Of a stretch of DNA of 64,000 bases, positions 23,790 to 34,704 are shown one piece after another (position 1 is the first letter of the stretch; each line of letters opens with the position of its first letter). The position numbers were made by a program, and so were the translations under genes. The stretch is from an uncultured Methanosarcinaceae archaeon (GTDB taxonomy: Archaea > Halobacteriota > Methanosarcinia > Methanosarcinales > Methanosarcinaceae): the NCBI GenBank assembly GCA_963833425.1, contig CAWHXP010000013.1, positions 178,695-242,694 on the forward strand, read 5' to 3'. The notes under the pieces were generated by a model. It was not told where the DNA came from. It saw only the letters and a list, made by a program, of their open reading frames with translations, and made no database searches.

Positions 23790-25060
23790 GTCGCGAGTGG
23801 TTTGTAGCGATTTCCAATACCTAAATCCAAATTTCAGCTGTGTACCACACTACAAGCAACTTGGTGCGCCATTTTGTGGATATAACGAGATTATTCAAGA
23901 TCAAATACTTCATTTGCTTATTATGCTTCGCCAATGGTAATGGCCTTAATGGTTCCATTGTAAAAAATTATGGGAGAGATCACTGAAATAAGTAAAAATT
24001 TAGGAGTATATATTATGCCAGTAAATTCCTTTAAATGGAAGCATTACGAAGGAGAAATTATCCTATTAAATGTGAGATGGTACTTAAAATATGCATTAAG
24101 CTATAGAAATTTAAAGGAAATGATGGCAGAAAGGAGAATAAAAGTCGACCATACGACAATCATGAGACGGGTACATCGATATTCACCTGAAATAGAAAAG
24201 AAGATAAGAAAGCACTTAAGACCAACGAACGATTCATGGAAAGTTGATGAAACTTATATCAAAGTAAAAGGTGAATGGAAATATATTTACAGAGCAGTCT
24301 ACTCAGATGGAAACACAATCGATTTCATACTAAGTGCAAAACGAAATAGAAAAGCTGCAAAGATATTCCTTAAGAAAGCACTGAGTTTAAAATCACAATC
24401 AAATGCCAAGAGCAATAAAAGTTGATAAGAATCCAGCTTATCCTATTGCCAACATGAACTGAAAAATGAAAAGAAGTTGTCTAAAAGTGTTGAAATTAGA
24501 CAAGTAAAATATTTGAATAACATTGTAGAACAAAATCATAGGTCTATCAAGCTGATAATTGTTCCAATGCTAAGCTTTCAGCCTTTTCGATATGCAAGTG
24601 AAATTTTAAAAGGAATTGAAGCTTTGAATATGGTTAAAAAAAGACTAATCAACAATCTAAATTATTCTGGTCTTAATGAAGCTAAATATACCAATCAATT
24701 ATTTGGAATAGTTCTGTAATATTGATACATTTTTCTCGAATATTTTGACTTTTGTTCATCATCCATATATTTACGTGCTTATTTTTCTATCTGATTTTTC
24801 AGCATAGTTTTTAATTGCACCGAAGTTGTAACATCACTCACAGTTCCAATGTAATTTCCCTCACTCCCTGGTTCTCTACATCATTTTTTTTCAATATACA
24901 ATATTCTACAAAGATTTTCCTGGCTGTGGTATTTTTTTTATAATTTAAATCACTTTTTGGGAGAATATTTTGGTTCAGCAACAATGAAAAGATTACTTAA
25001 TAACCAGTGTGATTGTATAAAAACGCAATAGATCCTCATTTGATATATAATCTGAAGTCC
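23790..25060 (-). mobile_element. tnpA: IS200-type tnpA remnant interrupted by an IS6 element
   Basis: Minus-strand fragments IVAEPKYSP and TARKIF at about 24770-25000; 23810-23920 resembles the downstream flank of the tnpA remnant at 43120-43240. Confidence 0.6.
23951..24775 (+). mobile_element. IS6-family element with frameshifted transposase (about 24015-24719); right inverted repeat lost
   Basis: Left end GGTTCCATTGTAAAAA; FKWKHYEGEII, WKVDETYIKVKG and YLNNIVEQNHR motifs; frameshift near 24390. Confidence 0.9.
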
Positions 25061-25532
25061 TGTAGCAGTATGAGAGCTTTACGAAAAGGACAAAATAAGA
25101 ACTTGAAGATAAGTGGGATCTGTGAGTTTACTTAGGCATTATAACATAGAGCACTAACTAACCATTTTGAGCCATTTTCACAAAATCCTCTTCTGTTTTA
25201 AGCCCTATAGCGTCTGTATATCCATTAAAGATATCCGTTATACTTAATTACGCAAAAATTTATAAATCAAAATGAGTTTATTTTTAAAAATACTTGTTGA
25301 AGGCTTCAAAAACTTCATATCCAATTTACTGCCAAATGTAATTGAAGGCGAGAAGGTGCATAAATGTGCCGGCACCAATATTTTCGGTTATGATGCCAAC
25401 AGAATACTAAAATATTAACATTATATTTTGATTTGACGAATAAGAAAGGGTTAAAGATTTAATCTGCCGTTTATCATTGGACTATTAATTATTAAACCGG
25501 ATTATACGCATAATGATTCTACTGAGCCATAT

Positions 25533-26177
25533 TCATTGCTTATCCTTAAGAATTGCTTTGATTTCCTTCAATTCTTTTAATATCTCAGTTAGTATAAGAT
25601 TGTTTGAAGCTTCAGAAGCCTTCCTTGTTCTCTTTTTTACAGAAAAAGGAGAGGATCGCACTAATTCTGGAGCATCATGAACTTCTGGGGCTATAACAAT
25701 TTTTAGAGCATCAATCCATCCATCAGAAACTGAAGTTTCGGGCTCTTCGAGTGCACATTCACTATTTAATGCAGAAATTACAGACTCGGGTATCCAATAC
25801 TCAGTAAATAGACTATTCCCATATTCGTCAATTGATTCGAGTAGCGGTAAGTGAGAAGAGTCGCCTTTCCATTCATACTCAACCTTTAGCTTGTCAGGAA
25901 AGCGATTTTCTAGTCCGTTGACTACAACATCAATCGCTACCCTACATCTCTTATCTATATTGACATACTCATTTAAAGCAGGTAATGAAAGAGCCCTAAA
26001 GAATGCATCCTTTATGTCGTTTCTAGTGTAGCCTGATATGCTAACACATGCACTAACTAACTCTATTACTTCATCTTGAGGCATTACCTTTGCTAATTCA
26101 GGGTTAATCTCCAATAATGGAAATTTAGCTTTTATTTCTTCTAAAAAGGATTTTTGTGTGTTTTCTGAATTGCTCAT
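25533..26177 (-). CDS. Hypothetical protein (214 aa), no family recognised
   Basis: Uninterrupted ORF with GAAGGTGA ribosome-binding site just upstream of ATG 26177; C-terminal amphipathic helix ILKELKEIKAIL. Confidence 0.75.
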   Translation of the reverse strand: MSNSENTQKSFLEEIKAKFPLLEINPELAKVMPQDEVIELVSACVSISGYTRNDIKDAFFRALSLPALNEYVNIDKRCRVAIDVVVNGLENRFPDKLKVEYEWKGDSSHLPLLESIDEYGNSLFTEYWIPESVISALNSECALEEPETSVSDGWIDALKIVIAPEVHDAPELVRSSPFSVKKRTRKASEASNNLILTEILKELKEIKAILKDKQ

Positions 26178-27062
26178 ATAGATCACCTTCCGATCAGAAT
26201 GTTTAAAATGTCGATGATCGAAAAGATGTATATTTCTTGTGATATATTATTATAAGTCTCATATCATTTTTTTAATTTCCTTATTCTAAATTATCCATTT
26301 TCTTATTACTTTCCGCTACAATAAATAGATGGTCGTAACTATTATTGCATTTCGGAAATGAGAAAATAACTCTTGAAGATAATATTCAATTATTTAATAC
26401 TTAAGAATGGATTCGTAACCTGTTCAAACATTTTTAGTCGCATAAAGGAATCAGATGTGTATCACTCGAGCAACGAAGAATCTTTCAAATGATTGAAAAA
26501 TTTTCCGAAGCAAAAGAGATGTTTATATAGCCTTTGCATAAGTGGTGAATGCCAAACGATGAGAATTACGCATTTTTATTTACTAGACATACAGATTCTG
26601 AACCTATTCTAAAAATTTTGTTTCTTCTGTAACTCATACAATAACTATATGCACAACGGAATGGATACTCGGATATTATAGTTACTATAACTTTTACAAA
26701 CATAATTGTTCTACTTTTCGGACATATTCTTAATTACTGCAACAATTAACCGTATTATGCTGTACTAAATAGGATGGAGACAAACAACTAAATCTTTTCA
26801 TATATTTTTAAAGTTATTTGTAGTCATGGATTTACTATGAAGAGCATAGAAGGTTTTGATGGACTCAATGGTCTCGATGTTAGTTGCCCTCTAACTAAGG
26901 AATACATGACGTTGATACAAAGAATTACTGGCTCGCCAGATAATAAAGGTTGGTAAGGATACCGAACGTTTAGAATTGAAGCTGGGTGTTTTTATAACAC
27001 TTAATCTTTCTCAAATATCTCCTATTGATCATGAATTAAAGTATGCTATTGAGTATAATTCG

Positions 27063-27118
27063 AAGAGAATTTCGATAAACTCCATGCTCCATAGCATGGA
27101 GTTTATCGAAATTCTCTT
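27063..27118. repeat. Perfect palindrome (26-bp arms, 4-nt loop) derived from an IS5 left end
   Basis: AAGAGAATTTCGATAAACTCCATGCT-CCAT-AGCATGGAGTTTATCGAAATTCTCTT. Confidence 0.95.
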
Positions 27119-27660
27119 AAGTGTGCAAACGCATGGAGATCGAATGATGACTAAACTAACATTTGTTAGAGTAAAAAATCACTGTGTATTTTATTAGTAG
27201 CTTTTTTGTAATATTAATAAAGCTGAATCGATTAGTGCGTCTTTGAACCTGGGTTGGGGCCCGAGAATAACAAAATTATAATTATACATATCCAATCGGA
27301 GCAAATGATGCAAATGAGGCTGGATACTACGCTGAAAATACTGCTGAGGTAATAATTGTGAAAATGGATTATCTACTAATGGTGGAGATAAAAACCTCAA
27401 CGTGGCACCCAAGAGCAATGCTTCCTTCGATATAGGATACACTGATGGATACAATATGAAATACAAACTAGAGTACAAACAAGGATGTTTGAAAATTTCA
27501 GAATGAAATAAAAAAGTCATTAGTACAAAGTAATTTTTTAGTTTTAAAATATGTTTCTGGAAAGTAAATTTTATTCAGAAATTATTTTTTGTATCATTAA
27601 TTAAAAATAATACGGGAAAGTAATATTCATCTGATTGCAATGATTACTTAGATATACTTT

Positions 27661-27700
27661 TTATAGACAATTTGTTGAAATTATAGACAATTTGTTGAAA
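27661..27700 (+). repeat. Perfect 20-bp tandem duplication
   Basis: TTATAGACAATTTGTTGAAA x2. Confidence 0.95.
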
Positions 27701-27783
27701 TCGTAGATTAAAATATACTAATATTTTGGTCTATTTTGAAGTGTAAATTCAAAAAACATTATCAATAAAGGAGATCTTTAAAC

Positions 27784-28008
27784 ATGTGCGAAGAACATTC
27801 CATAATGGGACAGGGGTCTATAATGGCGACCGCTATGGCTGAAATGTGGGGACTTCTGACTACAGAACAGAAAAAAAAAGTTGCAGCGATGAGGATGGAT
27901 AAATTCATAAAAATTTTAGAAATTAAAATAAGCAAGATGGAAACGATGATCGAAATAAAAAAAGAGGCTATAGGTGATATTAAAAAAGTTCAGGAAATGC
28001 TCAAATAA
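27784..28008 (+). CDS. Small hypothetical coiled-coil protein
   Basis: AAGGAG ribosome-binding site; 74 aa, Met-rich N-terminus then K/E-rich helix (LTTEQKKKVAAMRM). Confidence 0.75.
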   Translation: MCEEHSIMGQGSIMATAMAEMWGLLTTEQKKKVAAMRMDKFIKILEIKISKMETMIEIKKEAIGDIKKVQEMLK

Positions 28009-28199
28009 TAAAAATAAATTCAACAAATATGATAATAAAATTTGGTCCTGTACAAATTATCTCAAATAGCAAATTCCTGTAATCATTCATGCAGCCTTCA
28101 AAGGCTAATTTTTTTCGGAAAAGTATTTTATATTAATTAAATCCATCCATCAAAGGCTAATTTTTTGCACACCTTCGTCTAAATGGTATAAAGATACAA

Positions 28200-29054
28200 G
28201 GTTCCGTTGCAAAAAATCCTTTCTACTGATACAATAGAATAAAAAGAAAACCAAAGATAGTAACATGCTATCTAATTCCTTTAAATGGAAGCATTATGAA
28301 GGGGAAATTATCCTATTAAATGTGAGATGGTACTTAAAATATGCATTAAGTTATAGAAATTTAAAGTAAATGATGGCAGAAAGGGGAGTAAAAGTCGACC
28401 ATACAACAATCATGAGATGGGTACATCAATATTCCCCTGAAATAAAAAAGAAGATGAGAAGACATTTAAGACCAACAAATGATTCGTGGAGAGTTGATGA
28501 AACCTATATCAAAGTAAAAGGTAAATGGAAATATTTTTACCGAGCAGTTGACTCAGATGGAGATACAATTGATTTCATGTTAAGTCCAAAACGAAATAGA
28601 AAAGCAGCGAAGAGATTCTTTAAGAAAGCTTTAAGTTCTAATCATAATCAAATTCCAAGAGAAACAACCGTTGATAAGAATCCAGCTTATCCATCTGCTA
28701 TAAATAAACTGAAAAATGATAAAATACTACCTAAAAACGTAGGCATTCGACAAATCAAGTATTTGAATAACATTATAGAACAAGATCACAGATCTATAAA
28801 GCGAATCGTTAATCCAATGTTAGGGCTTCAGTCTTTTCGATCTGCTAATAAGACTTTAAAAGGGATTGAAGCTATAAATATGATCAAAAAAGGACAAGTA
28901 ATCGATCTAAATTACTCTGCTCTTAATGAAGTCAAATACATTAATCAATTATTTGGTATAGTTTTATAATGTTAGTACATTTTCCTTTAATATTTTGATT
29001 TTTATTAATTACTTATAGATTTACATATTTTTTTGAAGTTTTTGCAACGGAATC
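28200..29054 (+). mobile_element. Full-length IS6-family element with one premature stop in the transposase
   Basis: Terminal repeats GGTTCCGTTGCAAAAA / TTTTTGCAACGGAATC; ORF from ATG 28265 is interrupted by TAA at 28367 (GAA in the other copy), then open to 28969 with DDE motifs. Confidence 0.93.
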
Positions 29055-29117
29055 GATGCTGGGAACTAAACGGAAAAATTGAAGGAAACAGGATTAAACA
29101 ATAGATTAGGAGAGCAT

Positions 29118-29396
29118 ATGGCAAAAGTATCAATGTACACCTTAAACACCTGCCCAGAGTGCCGGAAAACAAAGGAATTTTCCCGGACCAAAGTCCTAAC
29201 ATTCGATTTCGTCGATTACGATCTCGCCAGCGAGAGCGAGCAAAACAAGATTGCGACCAAGATGATAAAGGGCACCGGCTATATCGGCTTCCCATTTGTC
29301 TGGATCGGCTATGTAGTGGTCATCGGGTTCAATCCAAAGAGATTTGAGCAGCTTCTTAAATCGGAGAAGCTCGAACCGGCAACCAGCCAGGCTTAA
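29118..29396 (+). CDS. Glutaredoxin-family protein (NrdH/Grx-like)
   Basis: AGGAG ribosome-binding site; YTLNTCPECRKT CxxC, FPFV and IGF motifs. Confidence 0.85.
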   Translation: MAKVSMYTLNTCPECRKTKEFSRTKVLTFDFVDYDLASESEQNKIATKMIKGTGYIGFPFVWIGYVVVIGFNPKRFEQLLKSEKLEPATSQA

Positions 29397-29409
29397 CGAG
29401 ATGGTCATC

Positions 29410-30498
29410 ATGACAGGAGAACCTGCTCTTTTTACACAGTATCGAATGGGCGATCTCACGCTGCCAAACCGCATAGTAATGGCGCCGATGACCCGCAGCC
29501 GCGCTGGGGATGCAGACGTCCCGGTCTCAATGACTGTCACTTATTATGTGCAGCGGGCCTCGGCCGGCATGATTATCACTGAGGGCTCGCAGGTTAGCCA
29601 GCAGGGGGTGGGCTACATGCATACACCGGGCATATACTCTGCGGCACAAGTTGCCGGCTGGAAGAAGGTGACCGACGCAGTCCACCGGGCTGGTGGCAGG
29701 ATTTTCATCCAGCTCTGGCACGTGGGACGAGTCTCCCACTCCGACTTCCTGGGTGGCGCTCTTCCGGTCGCGCCATCAGCGCTACCCGTCGAAGGCTTTG
29801 TCCACACACCCGGTGGAAAAAAGCCAATTCCGGTACCCAGGGCCCTGAATACCGGCGAGGTGCCGGACATCGTCAGGCAATTCCAGCAGGCTGCGGAGAA
29901 TGCCAGAACCTCCGGCTTCGATGGTGTAGAAATCCATGGCGCTAACGGCTACCTGCTGGACCAATTCCTGCGGAGCGGGTCCAACGAACGAACCGATATT
30001 TACGGCGGCAGCCTTGAGAATCGAGCCCTTCTACCACTTGAGGTCACGAAAGCCGTCATAAAGGTATGGGGCGGCGACAGTGTCGGCTACCGCATCTCAC
30101 CGCACATGACCGCGCATTCTATGTCGGACGCCAATCCCCGAGAGACCTTTTCCTATTTCACCAGAGAGCTAAACAAAATAGGCCTTGGCTACCTTCATTT
30201 AATCGAGCCCATCGGAGGCAGGGCGGGGTTCGTGCCACCAGAGGCACGGCTTGGGCCTATCCTGCGCAAAATTTTTGAAAGGACGTTCATATTGAACGGC
30301 GGCTATGACCTCCATAGCGGAAACGAGGTCATCTACAGCGGTGAGGCCGACATGATAGCCTTCGGAGTGCCGTTCCTGGCCAATCCTGACCTACCAGAAC
30401 GCTTCAGGCAGAATGCTACGCTGAACGAGTCGGACATGGCCACCTTCTACGGGGGCGGCACGAAAGGCTACACGGATTACCCGTCCCTGGTCATCTAA
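29410..30498 (+). CDS. Old yellow enzyme / alkene reductase (NemA-like FMN oxidoreductase)
   Basis: NRIVMAPMTRSRA, QLWHVGR, GFDGVEIHGANGYLLDQF, FLANPDLPERF and GYTDYP; start at 29401 or 29410. Confidence 0.93.
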   Translation: MTGEPALFTQYRMGDLTLPNRIVMAPMTRSRAGDADVPVSMTVTYYVQRASAGMIITEGSQVSQQGVGYMHTPGIYSAAQVAGWKKVTDAVHRAGGRIFIQLWHVGRVSHSDFLGGALPVAPSALPVEGFVHTPGGKKPIPVPRALNTGEVPDIVRQFQQAAENARTSGFDGVEIHGANGYLLDQFLRSGSNERTDIYGGSLENRALLPLEVTKAVIKVWGGDSVGYRISPHMTAHSMSDANPRETFSYFTRELNKIGLGYLHLIEPIGGRAGFVPPEARLGPILRKIFERTFILNGGYDLHSGNEVIYSGEADMIAFGVPFLANPDLPERFRQNATLNESDMATFYGGGTKGYTDYPSLVI

Positions 30499-31236
30499 GT
30501 TAATAAAAGAAGAAAGTTAAATTTTAATCTTTAAATCAATCCTATTCTTTTTTGCAATCCTTCAAATTTGGTAGAAACGTAATTTTTGGCTGAAAGACCA
30601 CTGTCTAAACATCACAGGTTTATCTGGTTTTTTTCAAATCAGTGCATAAGGAAAAATGCCTTTTGAAAAAGTAAAAAATGTTAATAAAACATATATAAAA
30701 TAGGAACTGAAAAAACCCTATAAACCCGTGATTTATGATAAATAAGAAGAAAAAGAATGAAAAATACGCTCTCCTAATAACGGATTATTCCAGTACCGAC
30801 TTCAAATAAACCCTATGACGGGGCTGAGAATAAGTCCACTAGTAAAAGTTGCTGTTGACACTGCTATAAGGGGTATAGGCAGTATGAGAGTCGCACTATC
30901 GAACATTAACGTTAACAACGGTAAGCAGGTTTACGATATTCCGCCAGTAAATTTTTATTTAGTCGGATATATATTAATTAAAATGGCTCTTGTCCCGTAA
31001 TTTTTATTAGGCATTATTTTTTATGCATACCAATATCTTAAAAAATATTAACAAAATAATAGAAAACGACCAATTTTTCAGATCAATCATTACTTCCAAA
31101 ATAATTATGGACTGCATAAAAGGCAACAGTCTGGTTGCTGTTTCTGATAACAAAATTATAGGATCTATTTAATTTTTATCTAACCGTCAAAAGTTTGCAT
31201 ATATTAAAGAAGAAAACTTTACTTTTTTTAATATAA

Positions 31237-32258
31237 TTATTTACTTCTCCAAGGTAGGACTGCAGCTCCGAATGCTAGAAGCGGGCCTGTAAACCATCCT
31301 GCCCAGAGAAGGAATCCGGCTATTCCAATACCTAAAAACAAAAGACTCTTCTTTATTGACCTCGCACTGTGACCCTTGTCTTTAAGGCTTAACCCAAGTG
31401 CAAGTAATCCAAGTACAATACTCGCTAGAGCTAGAATAATAGTAATAGAAACAGCGGAAGTATATGCACTTTTACTTAATGAAATAAGCATCTGGAGCAG
31501 AAAAGATAATCCTGTACCAATGAAGAAGAGTCCTGCGAAGATTCCAGAGATCTTTGCTGGGCTGAAACCAGATACTGCTTCTCTTTTCAAGAATAATAAC
31601 AAAATTCCCAATACAAGAGTTATCCCTAGTGGAAACAAAATCATAACCAAGCTCTGTCCTTCCCAGAGGTAAACTTTTATCTGGTTTATAGGTATGGATA
31701 TCCATTCCATGGGAGTAAAAATTTCTTTGTAACCTATTACTATTCCATAATTTTCTTCTTCCTTTGTAGAACTAGCTACAACATAATAAGTCCCATTTTC
31801 TGGAGCTATAAGATCAGGACTGGCAAGAGTATAGAAGGCGCTAGGTGTAAATTCTTCATATTCAGGTCCAATACTGAGGTTGCCTGAATATACTTTTACT
31901 CCATACCCCTTAGGTACCTCAAGATTCGTGGTACTTCTCCCTCGTTTGTAAGACTTGGACCCATAAGAATAAGATCCGGAGTAAATTCCTGCCTTCCTTG
32001 TTCAACAGGAATTGTAAGCCCAAGAACTATTCTTTCTCCTTTATTCATTTTGAAACTGTAGTATATGAGATCGCCTGCGGCAATTTTTCCATAAAGGACT
32101 TTGGATATTTCTGAGTTTAAAATAGGAGTTGCCTTGTCAGGGCTTCTACCGCCACTCTCGAAAATCGGCACATGAGCAAGAGCAGGAATTAGCAAAAAGT
32201 ATACTGCAGTCATCATAACCGATAAAATGCCGGAAACTCGGAATTTCCATTGTTTCAT
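31237..32258 (-). pseudogene. Frameshifted exported/membrane protein (signal peptide, extracellular domain, C-terminal TM helices)
   Basis: ORFs 31896-32258 and 31237-31710 join via a frameshift near 31920; the intervening frame is open and reads GYGVKVYSGNL..YEEFTPSAFY..IGYKEIFTPMEW. Confidence 0.8.
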
Positions 32259-32444
32259 AGACTACATTTTACTTTTTTGCTAGTAATAAGCATCAGAAAA
32301 AAGAATTAAAAACAGAGTTATAAAGTTGATTTATATCACATTATTTTTTTAAAAAAATTTAGTTTTCTTGATAAGATCCAAATAGAAATTTTTGCAATTG
32401 CTAGCCATAAACTCTTTAAAGGAAACATTTATGCAATTGCCTGC

Positions 32445-33701
32445 ATGAGCTCCCGATATATTGTGGACAGGTCGATTAGAAGGTATGTCCTTGAAACAAA
32501 GAAATTAATCCATCCCTTCGAATCACCGTCTACAGCATTGCCAGTATTGAACAGGACAATCTTCGAACATCAGGAAGATGTATTCAGACATCTAAAAGTT
32601 AAAGAAAAACCTTTTTTGTCTCATCGTTAGAAGAAGTTATTCCATCTGCCTCTCCAACTACTTGTTTACCGTGATGATATTTACTTCAATAAAGAACTGG
32701 TCTTGAGATTTTTAGACAAAGCTTCAGTAGTTGAAAAACCCGCGCAGATAGCTTTTTCAGATACTGATCCCTGTATAAGCTTGCATGCTTGCTACCCGCA
32801 ACATAATATGGAACACGTGGGGAATTTATTTTTGGGAGATTTTTTCTTTTTCCCGGCTAAAGTGCTAGAGAGGGATTTCATACCTGTAACAATAGATACG
32901 GAAAGTATACCTCTTTCCTGTTTTTCCTTGCCATCATTAGAATCCGCTTCAGAAGAAAGATTATTAAAAACTCCGCTTGCTGCAGGGGGGACTTTATTTC
33001 CCCCTATGCAACTACAGATTCCACTATTATCCTATATTGCTATCAAGCATTGGACACATTTACTTTTTGCTAATTTCAGCTTGAGTATCTATTGTCAAGC
33101 TAGCCAACTAGATAGCAGGTCTAAAAATCTAGACGCGGAGCTTAGAAAAATACTATCTTGTCTATCAAAACGTCGCGGTCCAGTACATATTGGAAAAGAT
33201 TGTCAAATAGATCCTAGAGCAACAATAATAGGCCCAACTACTATAGATAATGGAGTTATTATCGGGCCAAATGTGACTATTTCAGCGGGATGTATTGGGG
33301 ATCATGCTTTACTTGAACCGAATAGTTTGATCTGGTTAGGAGTTTTGGGAGCACGAAGCAGTCTTCTTGCAAACCGAAATATTGTTATGAGTTGTGTTAT
33401 GAACGATTCAATTATTAATACTGATGTTCGTTTTTCGATAGCGTGAAATCATTCTTTTCTCGGAGGTGGATCACATATCACAGATTTAATTCTACGTAAC
33501 GCCAATGAAGGCGACGATCCCAAGATGAATTCCCCGATGGTAAAAGTTTTCGCCGGTGATGAGCTCGTTAATTCAGGATATTATGTTTTGGGTCCGGCTA
33601 TCGGCAATAGAGTTAAAATCGGGTCTGGAGCAATCGTCTATCCGGGCAGGATGATAAAATCAGACAGTGTGATTTTTCCTGATCAAGGGGCAGCAGATTG
33701 A
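32445..33701 (+). pseudogene. Disrupted GlmU-like protein with left-handed beta-helix (hexapeptide) repeats
   Basis: IHPFESP..LPVLNRTI, LLVYRDDIYF, VHIGKDCQIDPRATIIGPTTI and LGPAIGNRVKIGSG; in-frame TAG (32628) and TGA (33444). Confidence 0.8.
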
Positions 33702-34084
33702 AAAGCCAAATGAGAATATACGTAAAAGGCAATTCACATTCAAAATTTAATCCAAGATAATAGCGAGTTGAACACCAAGTTACTCACTGAAGAGATTGGA
33801 AAAAAAATCTATAGTGGTGATTTTGATAACTTCGACTATAATCACAACACAGAATAAAATGAGCAGGAAAGGTTATTCTATAAAAAATAGGTTGAGTTAT
33901 AATTAAAAATTATGGTTAGTTGATGACTCGTGACCTTCCCAATTTGAACGAGTTTTTCTAGGATTTGTTTTCTGATTCCATCTGCATCATTGATAATTAT
34001 ATCAACGTTTTAGTTTTTATTCTCTGAAATTGTATCAATTTTCCTATATTCACGCCTTCCAAATTCTGCAGGGAAACGTCTTTC

Positions 34085-34221
34085 AAGAACCCGTAGGAAA
34101 GGAATCAAATTGGCTGCCTGCACCCAATGGAGACTTTACCCTTATATTAAGAATGTATTTACCAGGTCCCACGATTTTAAATGGAACTTACCAGATTCCC
34201 CTAGTGCAGAAAGTAATGTAA
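34085..34221 (+). pseudogene. C-terminal fragment of a DUF1254/DUF1214-type protein
   Basis: KESNWLPAPNGDFTLILRMYLP is characteristic; the rest of the gene is missing. Confidence 0.75.
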
Positions 34222-34241
34222 ACAAAAAAAAGTTAAAATAC

Positions 34242-34265
34242 AGGGGATCGCAATAACCCCTTTTT
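34242..34265 (+). terminator. Putative hairpin + T-tract terminator
   Basis: AGGGG-ATCGCAATAA-CCCCT followed by TTTT after the DUF1214 fragment. Confidence 0.4.
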
Positions 34266-34704
34266 AATTATCTAACTCATTTCAAAATTTATTCGATCTC
34301 ATTTTTAGTATTTTTTCTTATCATGAGCCCTGGTTTCGACTAGTAAGTCAAAAAATGAACCATTCTCCGGCGATTTGAGACGGATTTTGAATCAGATAGA
34401 GTATATCCAAGGCAACTATCATAAAAAATTAAAGATGGAGTTTATAGTGAGCCAAAAGTTAAATAAAATTAGCCCACCAAAATTTGCTAATTGAAGTTTA
34501 GGAAAGATAACTGTAGATACTGCTTTGTTTAAGTTGAATAGTTCTTATTATTGTGACAAAAATCTAGACTGTTTAAAAAATCTATTATAAAATGATATTA
34601 TACTCAAAAACATTATCAAATCAACTTGACTAAGAATAAGCTTGATTTCATCAAAATTAGTGAATACTGTAGAAATTAAGTTCGAAGTAAAGAAGAGATA
34701 GCTG

